A DNA stretch of 64,000 nt from Verrucomicrobiales bacterium (GTDB taxonomy: Bacteria; Verrucomicrobiota; Verrucomicrobiia; Verrucomicrobiales; DEV007): NCBI GenBank assembly GCA_040905585.1, contig JBBDRG010000011.1:95249-159248 (forward strand). Direction: 5' to 3'. Numbering within the stretch: the stretch's first letter is position 1; every line of letters begins with the position of its first letter. Below the pieces are notes generated by a model. That model made no database searches. It worked only from the letters and a program-made list of their open reading frames with translations, and had not been told where the DNA came from. Positions 1 to 10,700 of the stretch are shown here, in pieces. A program made the translations under genes and the position numbers.

Positions 1-871
1 CGCGGATGATTTCGGAGGCCGCGCCCAGCTTTTCCTTCACCTCGCCCAGCACGTAGCACGAGGCCCGCCAGGAATGGATAAGCTTGACGAGCCGGGGCTC
101 GGAGGACTCCACCACCCCCGAAATGTACCGCTCGAGCCCTTTGATCTGACTGACGTCCGACAGCTCCTCGTTCGCCAATCCCGAAGTCTTGGCGAGAAAG
201 GCCTGCTTGGCCGAGACGGCGAAGGTGGGGAAGTGCTGGCCGAAGCGATGGTGGGCCGTCTTTTGCAGGTGCTCGAGAACCGCCGCCACTTCCTCGTCGG
301 TGCGCAGGTCGCACTGCTGCAGGACGAAGACGATCTTCTTTTTCCACTGGTGATGGATGCGGTCGAGGAAATCCCAGGTCGACGATCCCCACGGATTCGT
401 CACCGAGAAAACGAAAAGGACGAGGTCGGCCATCGGCAGAAACTGCTCGGTGATTTCCTGGTGCCGAGACACGATCGAGTTGGTGCCCGGCGTGTCGACG
501 ATGTTGAAGTCCCGGAGAAAGTCGCACGGACGGAACACTTCGACGATGTCTTCCGAAAATTCGAACTCGTGAGGTTCCTCGCCGTACTTGAAAAACGCGA
601 TTCGGTCGGTGGTCGGGACGACGTCGGCTTCGCAGAAATCCTCCCCGAACAGCGAGTTCAGCAGCGTGGACTTGCCCGCGTTGACTTCCCCGGCGACCAC
701 GAAAAGGAACGGGTCCTCGAGGTTCGCCATGAGATTGGTGAGGAGGGTGAGGCGGGCCGGGTTGACGCCGCCCTCGCGACCGAGCGCGCCCAGCGACTCG
801 ATCGCGTGGCTGAGTTTTTCCCGGGTCTGGAAATAATTTTTCCCGAGCTGTTCTGTGGTGCCTTCGGCCAA
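1..871 (-). CDS. Dynamin-family (bacterial dynamin-like) GTPase, partial; runs off the left edge
   Basis: Own translation of the minus strand (not in the ORF track): ...NLEDPFLFVVAGEVNAGKSTLLNSLFG (G1)...TTDRI (G2)...FNIVDTPGTNS (G3)...ADLVLFVFSVTNPW...KIVFVLQQCD (G4-like). The start at TTG 871 is tentative. Confidence 0.8.
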   Translation of the reverse strand, partial: MAEGTTEQLGKNYFQTREKLSHAIESLGALGREGGVNPARLTLLTNLMANLEDPFLFVVAGEVNAGKSTLLNSLFGEDFCEADVVPTTDRIAFFKYGEEPHEFEFSEDIVEVFRPCDFLRDFNIVDTPGTNSIVSRHQEITEQFLPMADLVLFVFSVTNPWGSSTWDFLDRIHHQWKKKIVFVLQQCDLRTDEEVAAVLEHLQKTAHHRFGQHFPTFAVSAKQAFLAKTSGLANEELSDVSQIKGLERYISGVVESSEPRLVKLIHSWRASCYVLGEVKEKLGAASEIIR

Positions 872-1014
872 ATCGATAGAATCCTTTAAAGTCTCAAAAC
901 GCGAGTGCCGGCAACGGAGCCGCCTCGCCCCTATTAAAAGCCCATGCCGGGCACGAAATGAAGCGAATTATTTCGGTTTGCCAAATTAAATGTCGGTTTG
1001 AACCGCGAATCCGC

Positions 1015-1617
1015 TCAGCCCGGTCGCGGCATCTGGAATCGGTCCCGGGTTCTGCAGTAGCCCGAGGGAACCTCCATCCGACCGATCGGGGCGAAGGCGT
1101 CGGGATCCACGAGAAGCGTTCCCGGATCGAGAATGCCGTCGCGGGTGTGAACCCGGTCGATGAGTCCGATGACGAGGCGATTTCTCCCGATTTCGAGAGT
1201 CGACCATTCGCGGCACTCGAGAGCCACGGGCGCTTCCGCGATGCGAGGCGGAGAAACGCCCACGCTCGGGACCGTGGTCAATCCCGCCAGTTCGATCTCG
1301 CTGACGCCGAATTCGAGTTCGGCGGACGTTCGGTTCATCGCCTCGGCGCAGGATTCGTCCACGAGATTGACGACGAACTCGCCGCTTCGCCGGATGTTGC
1401 GGGCCGTGTCCTTAGGCACTTCCCGTGTCTTGTTGCCGGGGGCGAACCCGAGAATCGGCGGTCTGGCGCCGAAGACGTTGAAGAAGCTGAAGGGCGCCGC
1501 GTTGATGCAGCCTTCCTCGTCCAGAGTGGTCACCCAGGCGATGGGGCGCGGCGTCACCAGACCCGCGAGCAGTTTGTAGGCGTGGCGCGCGTCGTCCCCG
1601 GCCAGATCGAAGTCCAT
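1015..1617 (-). CDS. Flavin reductase family protein (DIM6/NTAB-like)
   Basis: PRPIAWVTT, NAAPFSFFN, KDTARNI and EFVVNLV motifs typical of the family. Confidence 0.9.
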   Translation of the reverse strand: MDFDLAGDDARHAYKLLAGLVTPRPIAWVTTLDEEGCINAAPFSFFNVFGARPPILGFAPGNKTREVPKDTARNIRRSGEFVVNLVDESCAEAMNRTSAELEFGVSEIELAGLTTVPSVGVSPPRIAEAPVALECREWSTLEIGRNRLVIGLIDRVHTRDGILDPGTLLVDPDAFAPIGRMEVPSGYCRTRDRFQMPRPG

Positions 1618-1637
1618 GGAGACGGCGGACGGGGCGC

Positions 1638-2006
1638 CTACTTGTAAATCACCGGAGGGACCACCAGGGTCGGCTCCTTGCGGTAGGTGCGCTTGAATTT
1701 ATCGCCCCAGGCCCCGTTTTCGTAAACCGGGCGATAGGTGACGACGACCGCTTCGTAGGTTTCGAAGTTTCCGTGCGCGTCCCGGTCGGTCACGACGATG
1801 TCTTCGCGACACCATTCGATGTGGCCCAGGTGGGCGGGATCGCACACGTCCCATTTGCGGGCGAGATTCGGAAAGCCTTTGCAGAACGACCAGTTTTTCC
1901 GGGAGAAGCGGCACTTCAGATCAGGTGGTATATTGGCGTACTGTTCGGCCAAACTGGTTCCGGCGACGGCGAGGAAGACGGCTGAGGTGAGAAGCAAACG
2001 AATCAT
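1638..2006 (-). CDS. Small secreted hypothetical protein (122 aa, 4 Cys)
   Basis: Signal-peptide-like N-terminus MIRLLLTSAVFLAVAGTSLA at ATG 2006 within ORF 1638..2264; gene-like codon usage. Confidence 0.6.
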   Translation of the reverse strand: MIRLLLTSAVFLAVAGTSLAEQYANIPPDLKCRFSRKNWSFCKGFPNLARKWDVCDPAHLGHIEWCREDIVVTDRDAHGNFETYEAVVVTYRPVYENGAWGDKFKRTYRKEPTLVVPPVIYK

Positions 2007-2211
2007 GACGGTTTGAAGCGGTCCCGGCATACTCGGAATAAAGTGGCGGCAGTTCAAGCGGAAAGTCCGACGGATCGAAATCGGACGGCAAAAAGCAGGG
2101 ATTCCGGGTTCCGAACGGGCGTTTTCCGGGGCGGTTCTTCGCAAAATCCGGTTTCCTGCATTGCGAAGCGGCTCACCCGATGCAAATGGTGAGAAATTTA
2201 GCCGCGATACC

Positions 2212-5200
2212 ATGCCGAGAGACACGTCGATTGAGAAGATACTGCTGATCGGGTCGGGACCCATCGTTATCGGGCAGGGTTGCGAGTTCGATTATTCCGG
2301 AGTTCAGGCCTGCAAGGCGCTCAAGGAAGAGGGCTACACGGTGGTACTGGTGAACTCGAATCCGGCCACGATCATGACCGATCCGGAGTTCGCGGATCGC
2401 ACCTACATCGAGCCGATCACCGCGGAGATCGTGGAGAAGATCATCGAGCAGGAGAAGCCCGACGCCCTGCTGCCGACCCTCGGGGGACAAACCGCTCTGA
2501 ACACCGCGATGGAGCTGGTGCGGTCCGGATTTCTCGAGCGATCCGGCGTGAAGCTGATCGGCGCCAACGCCGAAGCCATCGAGAAAGGAGAGGACCGGCA
2601 GCTTTTCAAAGACGCCATGATCAAGATCGGGCTCGACATGCCCCAGTCCGGCGTGGTCCACACCATGGACCAGGCCCGCGAGATCGCGGCCGAGATCGGT
2701 TCGTTTCCGCTCATCGTTCGGCCGGCCTACACCCTGGGCGGTTCCGGCGGAGGGATCGCCTACAACCGCGAAGAACTCGACCTCATCGTGAAGCGGGGGC
2801 TCGATCTCTCTCCGGTCAACGAGGTCCAGATCGACGAATCGCTGCTCGGCTGGAAAGAATTCGAAATGGAAGTGATGCGCGACCACGCCGACAACTGCGT
2901 CGTGATCTGTTCGATCGAGAATTTCGATCCCATGGGGGTTCACACCGGCGATTCCATCACCGTCGCGCCCGCCCAGACGCTGACCGATCGGGAATATCAA
3001 CTGATGCGCGACGCCTCCTTCGCGGTGATCCGGGAGATCGGCGTGGAGACCGGCGGTTCCAACATCCAGTTCTCGGTGAACCCGGAAGACGGACGTCTGG
3101 TCGTCATCGAGATGAACCCGAGGGTGTCCCGCTCCTCGGCGCTCGCCTCGAAAGCCACCGGCTTTCCCATCGCGAAGATCGCCGCCAAGCTGGCGGTCGG
3201 CTACACGCTGGACGAGATACCGAACGACATCACCCGCGAAACCCCGGCCAGCTTCGAGCCGACCATCGATTACTGCGTCGTGAAGCTGCCCCGCTTCACC
3301 TTCGAAAAATTCGCCGACGCGGATCCGACCCTGACCACGCAGATGAAGAGCGTGGGCGAGGCCATGGCCATCGGCCGGACCTTCAAGGAAGCGCTTCAAA
3401 AAGCGCTCCGCTCGTTGGAAACGGGCCGTTTCGGTCTCGGCAGCGACGGCAAGGACGGCGATCCCGACCTCAGCTACATCCGGGAAAGGCTCGCCACTCC
3501 CAACGCCGAGCGCATCTTCTTCGTTCGGCTCGGATTCGAAGCCGGACTCGACTTGGCGGAGATTCACGGCCTCACCGGGATCGACCCCTGGTTTCTCAAG
3601 AACATCGAGGATCTGCTCGCGGCGGAGGGGGAACTGGGGACGGATCTGGAGACGATGGATTTTCGCCGGGCCAAGCGCCTCGGGTATTCCGACCCGCAAC
3701 TGGCCTTTCTCACCGGCCGTTCCGACGCCGAGGTTCGCGCGCTGCGGAAGGAGCGGGGCGTGGTGCCGACCTACCGACTGGTGGACACCTGCGCCGCCGA
3801 GTTCGAGGCGTACACGCCCTACTTCTATTCGACCTACGGAATCGAGAACGAGGCCCGGAAGAGCGACAAGCGCGGGGTGATGATCCTCGGGGGCGGCCCC
3901 AACCGGATCGGCCAGGGAATCGAGTTCGATTACTGCTGCGTCCACGCTTCCTTTGCCCTCAAGGAGTTGGGATTCGAAACCATCATGGTCAACTCGAACC
4001 CGGAGACCGTCTCGACGGACTACGACACCAGCGACAAGCTCTACTTCGAGCCGCTCACTCTGGAAGACGTGCTCAACATCTACGAGCAGGAGGACTGCTG
4101 GGCGGTCATCGTGCAGTTCGGCGGTCAGACGCCTCTCAACCTCGCGGCCGGACTCGAGAAAAACGGCTGCCGGGTGATAGGCACCTCGCCCAAGAACATC
4201 GAATTGGCGGAAGACCGGAAATTCTTCTCCGCGCTGCTCGACAAGCTCGGCTTGCAGCAGGCGCCGGCCGGCACGGCCGTGTCGGCCGAGGAAGCCGTCG
4301 AGATCGCGGGCAAGATCGGCTACCCGGTGCTGGTCCGGCCCTCGTTCGTTCTCGGCGGACGGGCCATGATGATCGTCTACAACGACAAGGACCTGGAGCA
4401 CTACATGCAGACCGCGGTCGACGCGAGCCCGGAGCGACCCGTGCTGATCGACCGCTTCCTCGAGGACGCCACCGAGATAGACGTCGATTGCATTTCGGAC
4501 GGGGAGACGACGGTGGTGGGGGCCATCATGGAACACATCGAGCAGGCTGGCATCCACAGTGGCGACAGCGCCTGCGTGATTCCCTCTTTCTCGCTCGGCG
4601 AAGCGATGTGCGAAAGAATTTCCGACGCCGCCAAGGATCTCGCCAAGGAGCTGGAGGTGCGGGGCTTGATGAACATCCAGTTCGCCGTGAAGGGCGAGGA
4701 ACTCTACGTCATCGAAGTCAATCCCCGCGCGTCGAGGACGGTGCCCTTCGTTTCGAAGGCGATCGGAGTTCCGTTGGCCAAGCTCGCTTCGAAGGTGATG
4801 GCGGGCGAGAAGCTGGTCGATCTCGGTTTCACCGAACCGATTACGCCCAAGCATTTCTCGGTGAAGGAAGCCGTGTTTCCCTTCGCCAAGTTCCCCGGCA
4901 TCGATATCAGTCTCGGTCCCGAGATGAAGTCGACCGGCGAGGTGATGGGAATCGACGCCGATTTTGGAATGGCCTACGCCAAGGCCCAGATGGCGGCTTC
5001 CGCGAAGCTTCCCCTCGAAGGAAACCTCTTCATCAGCGTAAAGGATTCCCACAAGGATCAGGCCGTCGAACTGGCGCGGAAATTCAGCGACCTGGGATTC
5101 ACGATTTTTTCCACCTCGGGGACGGCGACCCGTCTCTCCGAGGCGGGTGTTCCCGTTCACCGGCTTCACAAGTTGGCCGAGGGACGCCCCAACGTGCTGG

Positions 5201-5418
5201 ACATGATCAAGAACGGAGAGATCGCCCTGGTCATCAACACGCCGAGCGGACGCGTTCCCCGGCGCGACGAGGTCCTGATCCGCAGCGGCGCCTTGGCCAA
5301 CGGTGTCCCGGCGATTACGACGATGCGGGGCGCGCGGGCAAGCGTGCGCTCGATCGAATCGCTCCAGAACGCCGAGTTGAGCGTCAAGCCGATCCAGGAA
5401 TACCACGCCGCCGGGTGA
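2212..5418 (+). CDS. carB: Carbamoyl-phosphate synthase large subunit
   Basis: [30 protein letters not shown] start, two ATP-grasp halves ([34 protein letters not shown]) and a C-terminal MGS-like domain. Confidence 0.98.
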   Translation: MPRDTSIEKILLIGSGPIVIGQGCEFDYSGVQACKALKEEGYTVVLVNSNPATIMTDPEFADRTYIEPITAEIVEKIIEQEKPDALLPTLGGQTALNTAMELVRSGFLERSGVKLIGANAEAIEKGEDRQLFKDAMIKIGLDMPQSGVVHTMDQAREIAAEIGSFPLIVRPAYTLGGSGGGIAYNREELDLIVKRGLDLSPVNEVQIDESLLGWKEFEMEVMRDHADNCVVICSIENFDPMGVHTGDSITVAPAQTLTDREYQLMRDASFAVIREIGVETGGSNIQFSVNPEDGRLVVIEMNPRVSRSSALASKATGFPIAKIAAKLAVGYTLDEIPNDITRETPASFEPTIDYCVVKLPRFTFEKFADADPTLTTQMKSVGEAMAIGRTFKEALQKALRSLETGRFGLGSDGKDGDPDLSYIRERLATPNAERIFFVRLGFEAGLDLAEIHGLTGIDPWFLKNIEDLLAAEGELGTDLETMDFRRAKRLGYSDPQLAFLTGRSDAEVRALRKERGVVPTYRLVDTCAAEFEAYTPYFYSTYGIENEARKSDKRGVMILGGGPNRIGQGIEFDYCCVHASFALKELGFETIMVNSNPETVSTDYDTSDKLYFEPLTLEDVLNIYEQEDCWAVIVQFGGQTPLNLAAGLEKNGCRVIGTSPKNIELAEDRKFFSALLDKLGLQQAPAGTAVSAEEAVEIAGKIGYPVLVRPSFVLGGRAMMIVYNDKDLEHYMQTAVDASPERPVLIDRFLEDATEIDVDCISDGETTVVGAIMEHIEQAGIHSGDSACVIPSFSLGEAMCERISDAAKDLAKELEVRGLMNIQFAVKGEELYVIEVNPRASRTVPFVSKAIGVPLAKLASKVMAGEKLVDLGFTEPITPKHFSVKEAVFPFAKFPGIDISLGPEMKSTGEVMGIDADFGMAYAKAQMAASAKLPLEGNLFISVKDSHKDQAVELARKFSDLGFTIFSTSGTATRLSEAGVPVHRLHKLAEGRPNVLDMIKNGEIALVINTPSGRVPRRDEVLIRSGALANGVPAITTMRGARASVRSIESLQNAELSVKPIQEYHAAG

Positions 5419-5479
5419 TCGTTTTGCAAAAGAGCTGAATTTTTCTTGGCATCCCGCGAGACGGGGGCTAGACTTTAAC

Positions 5480-5493
5480 TGTTCAAAGGAATA
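5480..5493. promoter_or_regulatory. Putative LexA (SOS) box, Verrucomicrobia type
   Basis: TGTTC-AAAG-GAATA is a 9/10 match to TGTTC-N4-GAACA. It lies inside a longer inverted repeat (tttaactgttc/gaatagttaaa, 5474-5499) and overlaps the RBS 6 nt before ATG 5500. Confidence 0.6.
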
Positions 5494-5499
5494 GTTAAA

Positions 5500-5928
5500 A
5501 TGTTTTACGATCAAAGTCAGCCAGAGCGTTCCCAGTGGGAAGGGTTTCCCGAATTCAAGGAGTTGGCGGAGACCGAAGCCGCCTGCGAGGATGCCGGGGA
5601 CGTGGCGCTGAATTTTCCCGACGAACGGCAAATCGCGGGATCGGAACAGCCAAACGCCAACCGAGGCAGGCTCGGAAGCCGGGAATACGACCGCGAACTG
5701 ATACGGAGCGTCTGGGAATTCGCCGAAGTCGTTTCGGGCAACGACAAGGAGCTTTGGAGAAAAGACGAATTCGGCGACTGGATCAACCGATGCGATTTCG
5801 GCAAACGGGATTCCGAGTTCGGCTGGGAAATTTTCGACCCCGGGGTCGGGCGCCATGCCCAGGGAGTCTACGCGATGCGTCCGATGCAGTGGAGAAGCTT
5901 CGTTCGACAGTTCGAGGCCCTGGCCTGA
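5500..5928 (+). CDS. Hypothetical protein with a degenerate HNH-endonuclease-like domain
   Basis: VW..A..V.G.D...WRKDEFGDWINRCDFGKRDSEFGWEI matches the N-part of small HNH proteins, but the D-H-x-x-P and N-L...N-N catalytic residues are replaced (IFDP, AMRPMQWRSF). Confidence 0.7.
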   Translation: MFYDQSQPERSQWEGFPEFKELAETEAACEDAGDVALNFPDERQIAGSEQPNANRGRLGSREYDRELIRSVWEFAEVVSGNDKELWRKDEFGDWINRCDFGKRDSEFGWEIFDPGVGRHAQGVYAMRPMQWRSFVRQFEALA

Positions 5929-5945
5929 CTTTGGACAAAAAGCGA

Positions 5946-5967
5946 CCGGACGGCTTACGCCGTCCGG
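5946..5967 (+). terminator. GC hairpin, probable terminator
   Basis: ccggacggc-ttac-gccgtccgg, 17 nt after the stop of the HNH-like gene; the U-tract is weak. Confidence 0.45.
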
Positions 5968-6014
5968 CCTGTTGAGAACTCTCGGAGGAGGGCCGAGAGG
6001 ATCTCAAATCAAAG

Positions 6015-6321
6015 GTAACTATTCACGTCCTCCGCACGATTCTCGGGGGCGTCGCGTGAGATGAGGGCGGAAAGGTGCCCCGTCAGTTCTTCGCCCCGTC
6101 GACGAGCGAGTCGCCCAACTGGCCGGGAGCGCGGAACATCTCCGCGAGCGTGCCGAGCAGATTGCGCGACTGCTTGCGCGCGGTGGAGACCACGCTGCGA
6201 ATGTCGGCGAAGAGCATGGCGTGCTCCTCGGTGCGGAAGGTTCGGGGCACCCCGTGCCGCTGATCTTCTCGCGGGTCTTCATCATGCGCAGGTCGCGCTC
6301 GGCCTGGTTGTTGTCGAAGGA
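6015..6321 (-). mobile_element. IS66-family remnant: transposase C-terminus plus right terminal inverted repeat
   Basis: Minus strand reads SFDNNQAERDLRMMKTREKISG, then after a frameshift TFRTEEHAMLFADIRSVVSTARKQSRNLLGTL (IS66 TnpC C-terminus). GTAACTATTCAC at 6015-6026 resembles IS66 GTAA-type ends. Confidence 0.75.
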
Positions 6322-6478
6322 CTCGGCCCGAAGGCGATCCCCTCGTCGGGGAAACGGGGAAACGGTGGGAAACGGTGTCAGGGAACCAATTCCAAATCTC
6401 GGCATCGTGATCGTTCCATCATCGTCTTCCGCCCACGAATCGCCATGCCTTTTCCCTCAGGCATCGTAAGGTGCCGCC

Positions 6479-7594
6479 ATGTCCTCGTTCCGAGCCTTCG
6501 ACCTGATCCCCTCCCTCCAATCCACCCTGAAAACGGTGGGTTTCGACACGCCCACCGAGATCCAGGAGCGCGCCCTGCCAGCCCTCCTGAGGGGGGACTC
6601 CGTGGTCGGCGTGGCGGAAACCGGTAGCGGCAAGACCCTCGCCTACGCCCTTCCGGTCCTGCAGAAGCTGAAGCAGCTCGAAGAGGGCGGAGACGCCGTT
6701 TCGGCGGCCGGACAACCGCGGGCCGTCGTGCTGGTGCCCTCCAGCGACTTGGGGGAGCAGGTCACCAAGGCGATGAAGGTCTTCACCCACGACACCCGGG
6801 TGCGGGTGCGTTCGGCTCTCGGTGGCATCGCCATGAAAGTCGCCCGCGGCAATGTGGCCGGTCCTTTCGAGATTCTCCTCGCCACGCCGGGGCGTCTCGA
6901 GCAGCTGATGGAGAAGAAGCTCGTGAACCTCTCCGATCTCCGTTTCCTCGTCTTCGACGAAGCCGACCAGATTCTCGACCAGGGGTTTTTGCCAGCGATC
7001 AAGCGGATCCTGAAGTCCAGCCCGCCCGACCGTCAACTGGCCCTCTTCACCGCGACGGCGTCTGACGGGGTCCAGGCCCTCATCCACGAGATGTTCGGGG
7101 ACGCGGAGATGATCGAGACCCGCGGCCACCATCGTCTCGTCCCCACCCTGACCACGGTGAACCTGACCGTGGTGAACGGGAAACGTTTCCCCCTCCTCGA
7201 AACGCTTCTCGCGGAACCGGTGGAGGGAGGCAGCCTCCTTTTCGTCAACACCCGCGAACAATGCGACCAGCTCGCCGCGGAACTCGCCGAACACGGCTAC
7301 CGCTGCGCCATCTACCGCGGCGACATGGACAAGCAGGAGCGGCGCCGGAATCTCAAGGCCTTCCGGGACGGCACGCTGGACCTCCTCATCTCCACCGATC
7401 TCGCCGCGAGAGGGCTCGACGTGGAAAACATCGGTCGCGTCATCAACTATCATCTGCCCAAGGAGATGAAGAACTACCTCCACCGCGCCGGTCGCACCGC
7501 CCGGGCGGGGCGGGGGGGCACGGTGGTCAATTTCGTGACGGAGCGGGATCTCAACCTGGTGAAGCGCCTCGATTCGATCGCCGGCGGGAGCTGA
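6479..7594 (+). CDS. DEAD-box ATP-dependent RNA helicase
   Basis: Q motif GFDTPTEIQ, AETGSGKT, ATPGRL, DEAD, TAT (motif III), ARGLD and HRAGRTARAG. Confidence 0.95.
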   Translation: MSSFRAFDLIPSLQSTLKTVGFDTPTEIQERALPALLRGDSVVGVAETGSGKTLAYALPVLQKLKQLEEGGDAVSAAGQPRAVVLVPSSDLGEQVTKAMKVFTHDTRVRVRSALGGIAMKVARGNVAGPFEILLATPGRLEQLMEKKLVNLSDLRFLVFDEADQILDQGFLPAIKRILKSSPPDRQLALFTATASDGVQALIHEMFGDAEMIETRGHHRLVPTLTTVNLTVVNGKRFPLLETLLAEPVEGGSLLFVNTREQCDQLAAELAEHGYRCAIYRGDMDKQERRRNLKAFRDGTLDLLISTDLAARGLDVENIGRVINYHLPKEMKNYLHRAGRTARAGRGGTVVNFVTERDLNLVKRLDSIAGGS

Positions 7595-7788
7595 GATCCG
7601 GAGACGTCGCTCGATTCGATCCGAGGGCCTCGGGAAGTGTATTTCCCTCACCGCCGGAGAGGGTCGAGTCCCCGACCCAACCCTCTTGGATTGCTTGCTC
7701 CGGCTTCCTTGCCTGCCGAAGCACGCCCGGGCGGGGCGCACCCGCGCCCTTGACCGGGGGCCCGGGTGCGAGGATCTTGACGGGAGCC

Positions 7789-10700
7789 ATGACGAAATTT
7801 TCTGCCCATTTCGTCGCGATCGCCGCCCTGTCGTGGGCGGGGGCGACCCGTGACGTTTCCGCCGAGGTCGATTTCGGGACCGAAATTCGGCCGATCCTGA
7901 CGGAAAAGTGCCTGCTTTGCCACGGACCCGACGACGAGAAAGGAGGCCTGCGTCTCACCGGCATCGATTTCGCGGAGAAGGAACTCGACTCGGGCGCGAT
8001 CGGCATCCTGCCCGGCAAGCCCGACCAGAGCGCGTTGATCGAGCGGATCCACGCCTCCGATCCGGACGACGTCATGCCGCCGCCGGACAAGGCGGAGCCG
8101 CTCACCGACGGCGAAAAGGCGAAGCTGCGCCAGTGGATCGCGGAGGGGGCGACTTGGCCGAAGCACTGGGCCTTCGCGGAACTGTCCGGATTCGACGCCG
8201 AAGGTCGGCCGCCGAAGGGGGAACACCCGATCGATTTTTTCGTCCGGCGCGGGCTGGAGGAAAAGGGAATCGAACCTTCGCCCAAGGCGGACGCCGCGAC
8301 TTTGGTGCGCCGGCTTTTCTACGATCTCGTCGGACTGCCGCCGTCACCGGAACAGGCGGACCGTTATCTGGAATTGCTGCGGAAGGACCGCGAGGCCGGG
8401 CTCGCGCAACTGATCGACGACCTCCTCGCCAGCGAGCATTTCGGCGAGCGCTGGGGGCGCCACTGGCTCGACAAGGCGCGCTACGCCGACAGCGACGGCT
8501 ACGAGAAGGACAACAATCGTCCCGACGCATGGCGCTACCGCGACTGGGTCATCGACGCGATCAACGCCGACATGCCCTTCGACCGCTTCACCATCGAGCA
8601 GTTCGCCGGGGACCTGTTGGAGGAACCGTCGCCGGATCAGCTGCTGGCCACGGCGTTCAATCGGCAGACCTTGACCAACACCGAGGGCGGCACCGACAAG
8701 GAGCAATGGCGCGTCGCCGCGGTGATGGATCGCGTCGAGACGATGGGCGCCGTGTGGATGGGCCTGACCTTGACCTGCGCGCGCTGCCATACCCACAAGT
8801 ACGACGAGGTGACCCACGACGAGTACTATCAGCTGTTCGCCTACTTCAACAACGGCGACGAGGTGGAGACCAAGGTGCCGAAATCGGAGGAAGCCTGGGC
8901 CGCCTACGAACGGGCGGCGGCCCGGCATCGGGAGAAGCTGGAAGACGTCCGAACGCGCGCGGCGGCGGCCCGGGGCGAGCTCGCCGAGCGGATGCCGGAG
9001 TGGGAAGCCCGCGCCCAAAGGTGGCTGGCGGAAGCCGAAGCGGTGGAAGACCCGGTTTTCACGCCGCTTCCGGTGGCAGAGGTCGCCGGACCGAAAGGCG
9101 TGAAGTTCAATCGGGCGAAGGACGGCACGATCACCGCCGGCGGGCAGAATCCGCCGAAGGCCACCTACACCCTGAGCGGCCGGCTCGAGCCCGGTACCGT
9201 GACGGGCGTCCGGATCGAAGCGCTGCCCGATCCGAAGCTCGGCGGCGGCAAGGGGCCGGGACGGTCCAAGGCGGGCAATTTCGTGCTCAACCAGATGAAC
9301 CTGTCGGTCGCGGGAACCGGTCGGCTCGTTTTCGCCGGCGCGGAGGCCGACTATTCCCAAGGAAACTGGGCGGTGCAGAACGCGATCGACGGCGACGCTC
9401 GGGAAGGAAAGGACGGCACGGGCTGGGCGATCTCGCCGGAGATGGGCCAGGCGCACGAGGCCGTCTTCGGGCTCGCGCGGCCGGTCGCGCTGGAAGAGGC
9501 GGCGGATTTCACGCTGGATCTGGTGCAGAATTACGGGAGCGAGCACACCTTGGGCAAGTTCCGGGTTACTTTGCTGACGACGCCGACGCGGCTCGTCCTG
9601 AGCGAAGAAGCGAGAGAGGCGCTGAAGAAGCCGGCGTCGGAGCGCGACACCGCGGAACAGGCCCTGCTGGCGGCGCACTTCGAGCGGATCGATCCGAAGA
9701 CCGCACCGCTGCTGGCGCAGGTACACGCCCTGGAGTCGAAGCCTCCCGCGAAGCCGGAGATGGACGTGCGCATTCTCCGCGAGCGGCGGGAAGACCGGCG
9801 CGAAACGCACGTGTTCAAGCGAGGAGAATTCAAGCAGCCGCTCGGTCCGGTGGAGCCGGGCACGCCGGCGGTGCTGGCGCCCATCGAGCACCGGGGCGGG
9901 GAAGGCGACCGGCTCGACTTGGCGCGCTGGCTGGTGAGCGGCGAGAATCCGCTGCCGCCGAGGGTGGTCGCCAACGGGATCTGGGCGAACCTTTTCGGCG
10001 AAGGGCTCGTGGCCACCCCGGACGATTTCGGCGTCCGCGGCGATCGTCCCTCGCACCCGGAACTGCTGGACTGGCTCGCGGCGGAGTTCGTCGCCCAGGG
10101 ATGGTCCCGCAAGGAACTGATCCGGCGCATCGCCACGTCGAAGACCTACCGCCGGAGCTCCGATCACCGGCCCGATCTGGCCGACGTCGATCCGAACAAT
10201 CGCCTTCTCGCCCGGCAGAACCGTTTCCGCGTGGAGGCGGAAATCGTGCGCGACATTTCCCTCGCCGCGGCCGGGTTGCTGTCGGACAAGATCGGCGGCC
10301 CCAGCGTGTTCCCGCCCCTGCCGGCGGGGGTGGCCGACGTGAACTACAACTCGGCCTTCAAGTGGGTCGTCAGCGAGGACGAGGATCGGTACCGGCGGGG
10401 AATGTACACCTATTTCAAGCGCACCGCGCCGCATCCCAACTTGACGACCTTCGACTGCCCCGATTCGAACACCACGAACGTGCAGCGCTCGCGCTCGAAC
10501 ACTCCGCTGGCCGCTCTCATCACGCTGAACAACGAGACCTTCGCGGAAGCCTCCCGATCCATGGCGGAGCGGGTCCTCGCCGATCTACCGGAAGGCGACG
10601 ACCGGGCCCGGATCGATCGCGCCTTCCGCCTCTGTCTGTCGCGCGGCCCGGAAGCGGCCGAAAGCGACCGTCTCGCCAGCCTGCTGGAGTCCGCGCGGGG

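Noticed and set aside
2173-5856. Very long antisense and alternate-frame ORFs (e.g. 2173..5856 -, 2280..5438 +, 7908..10844 +, 22886..25303 +, 50199..53156 +, 59247..61973 -)
   Set aside because: They overlap genes with clear family motifs, have Arg/Gly/Pro-rich low-information translations and are expected shadow frames in high-GC DNA.
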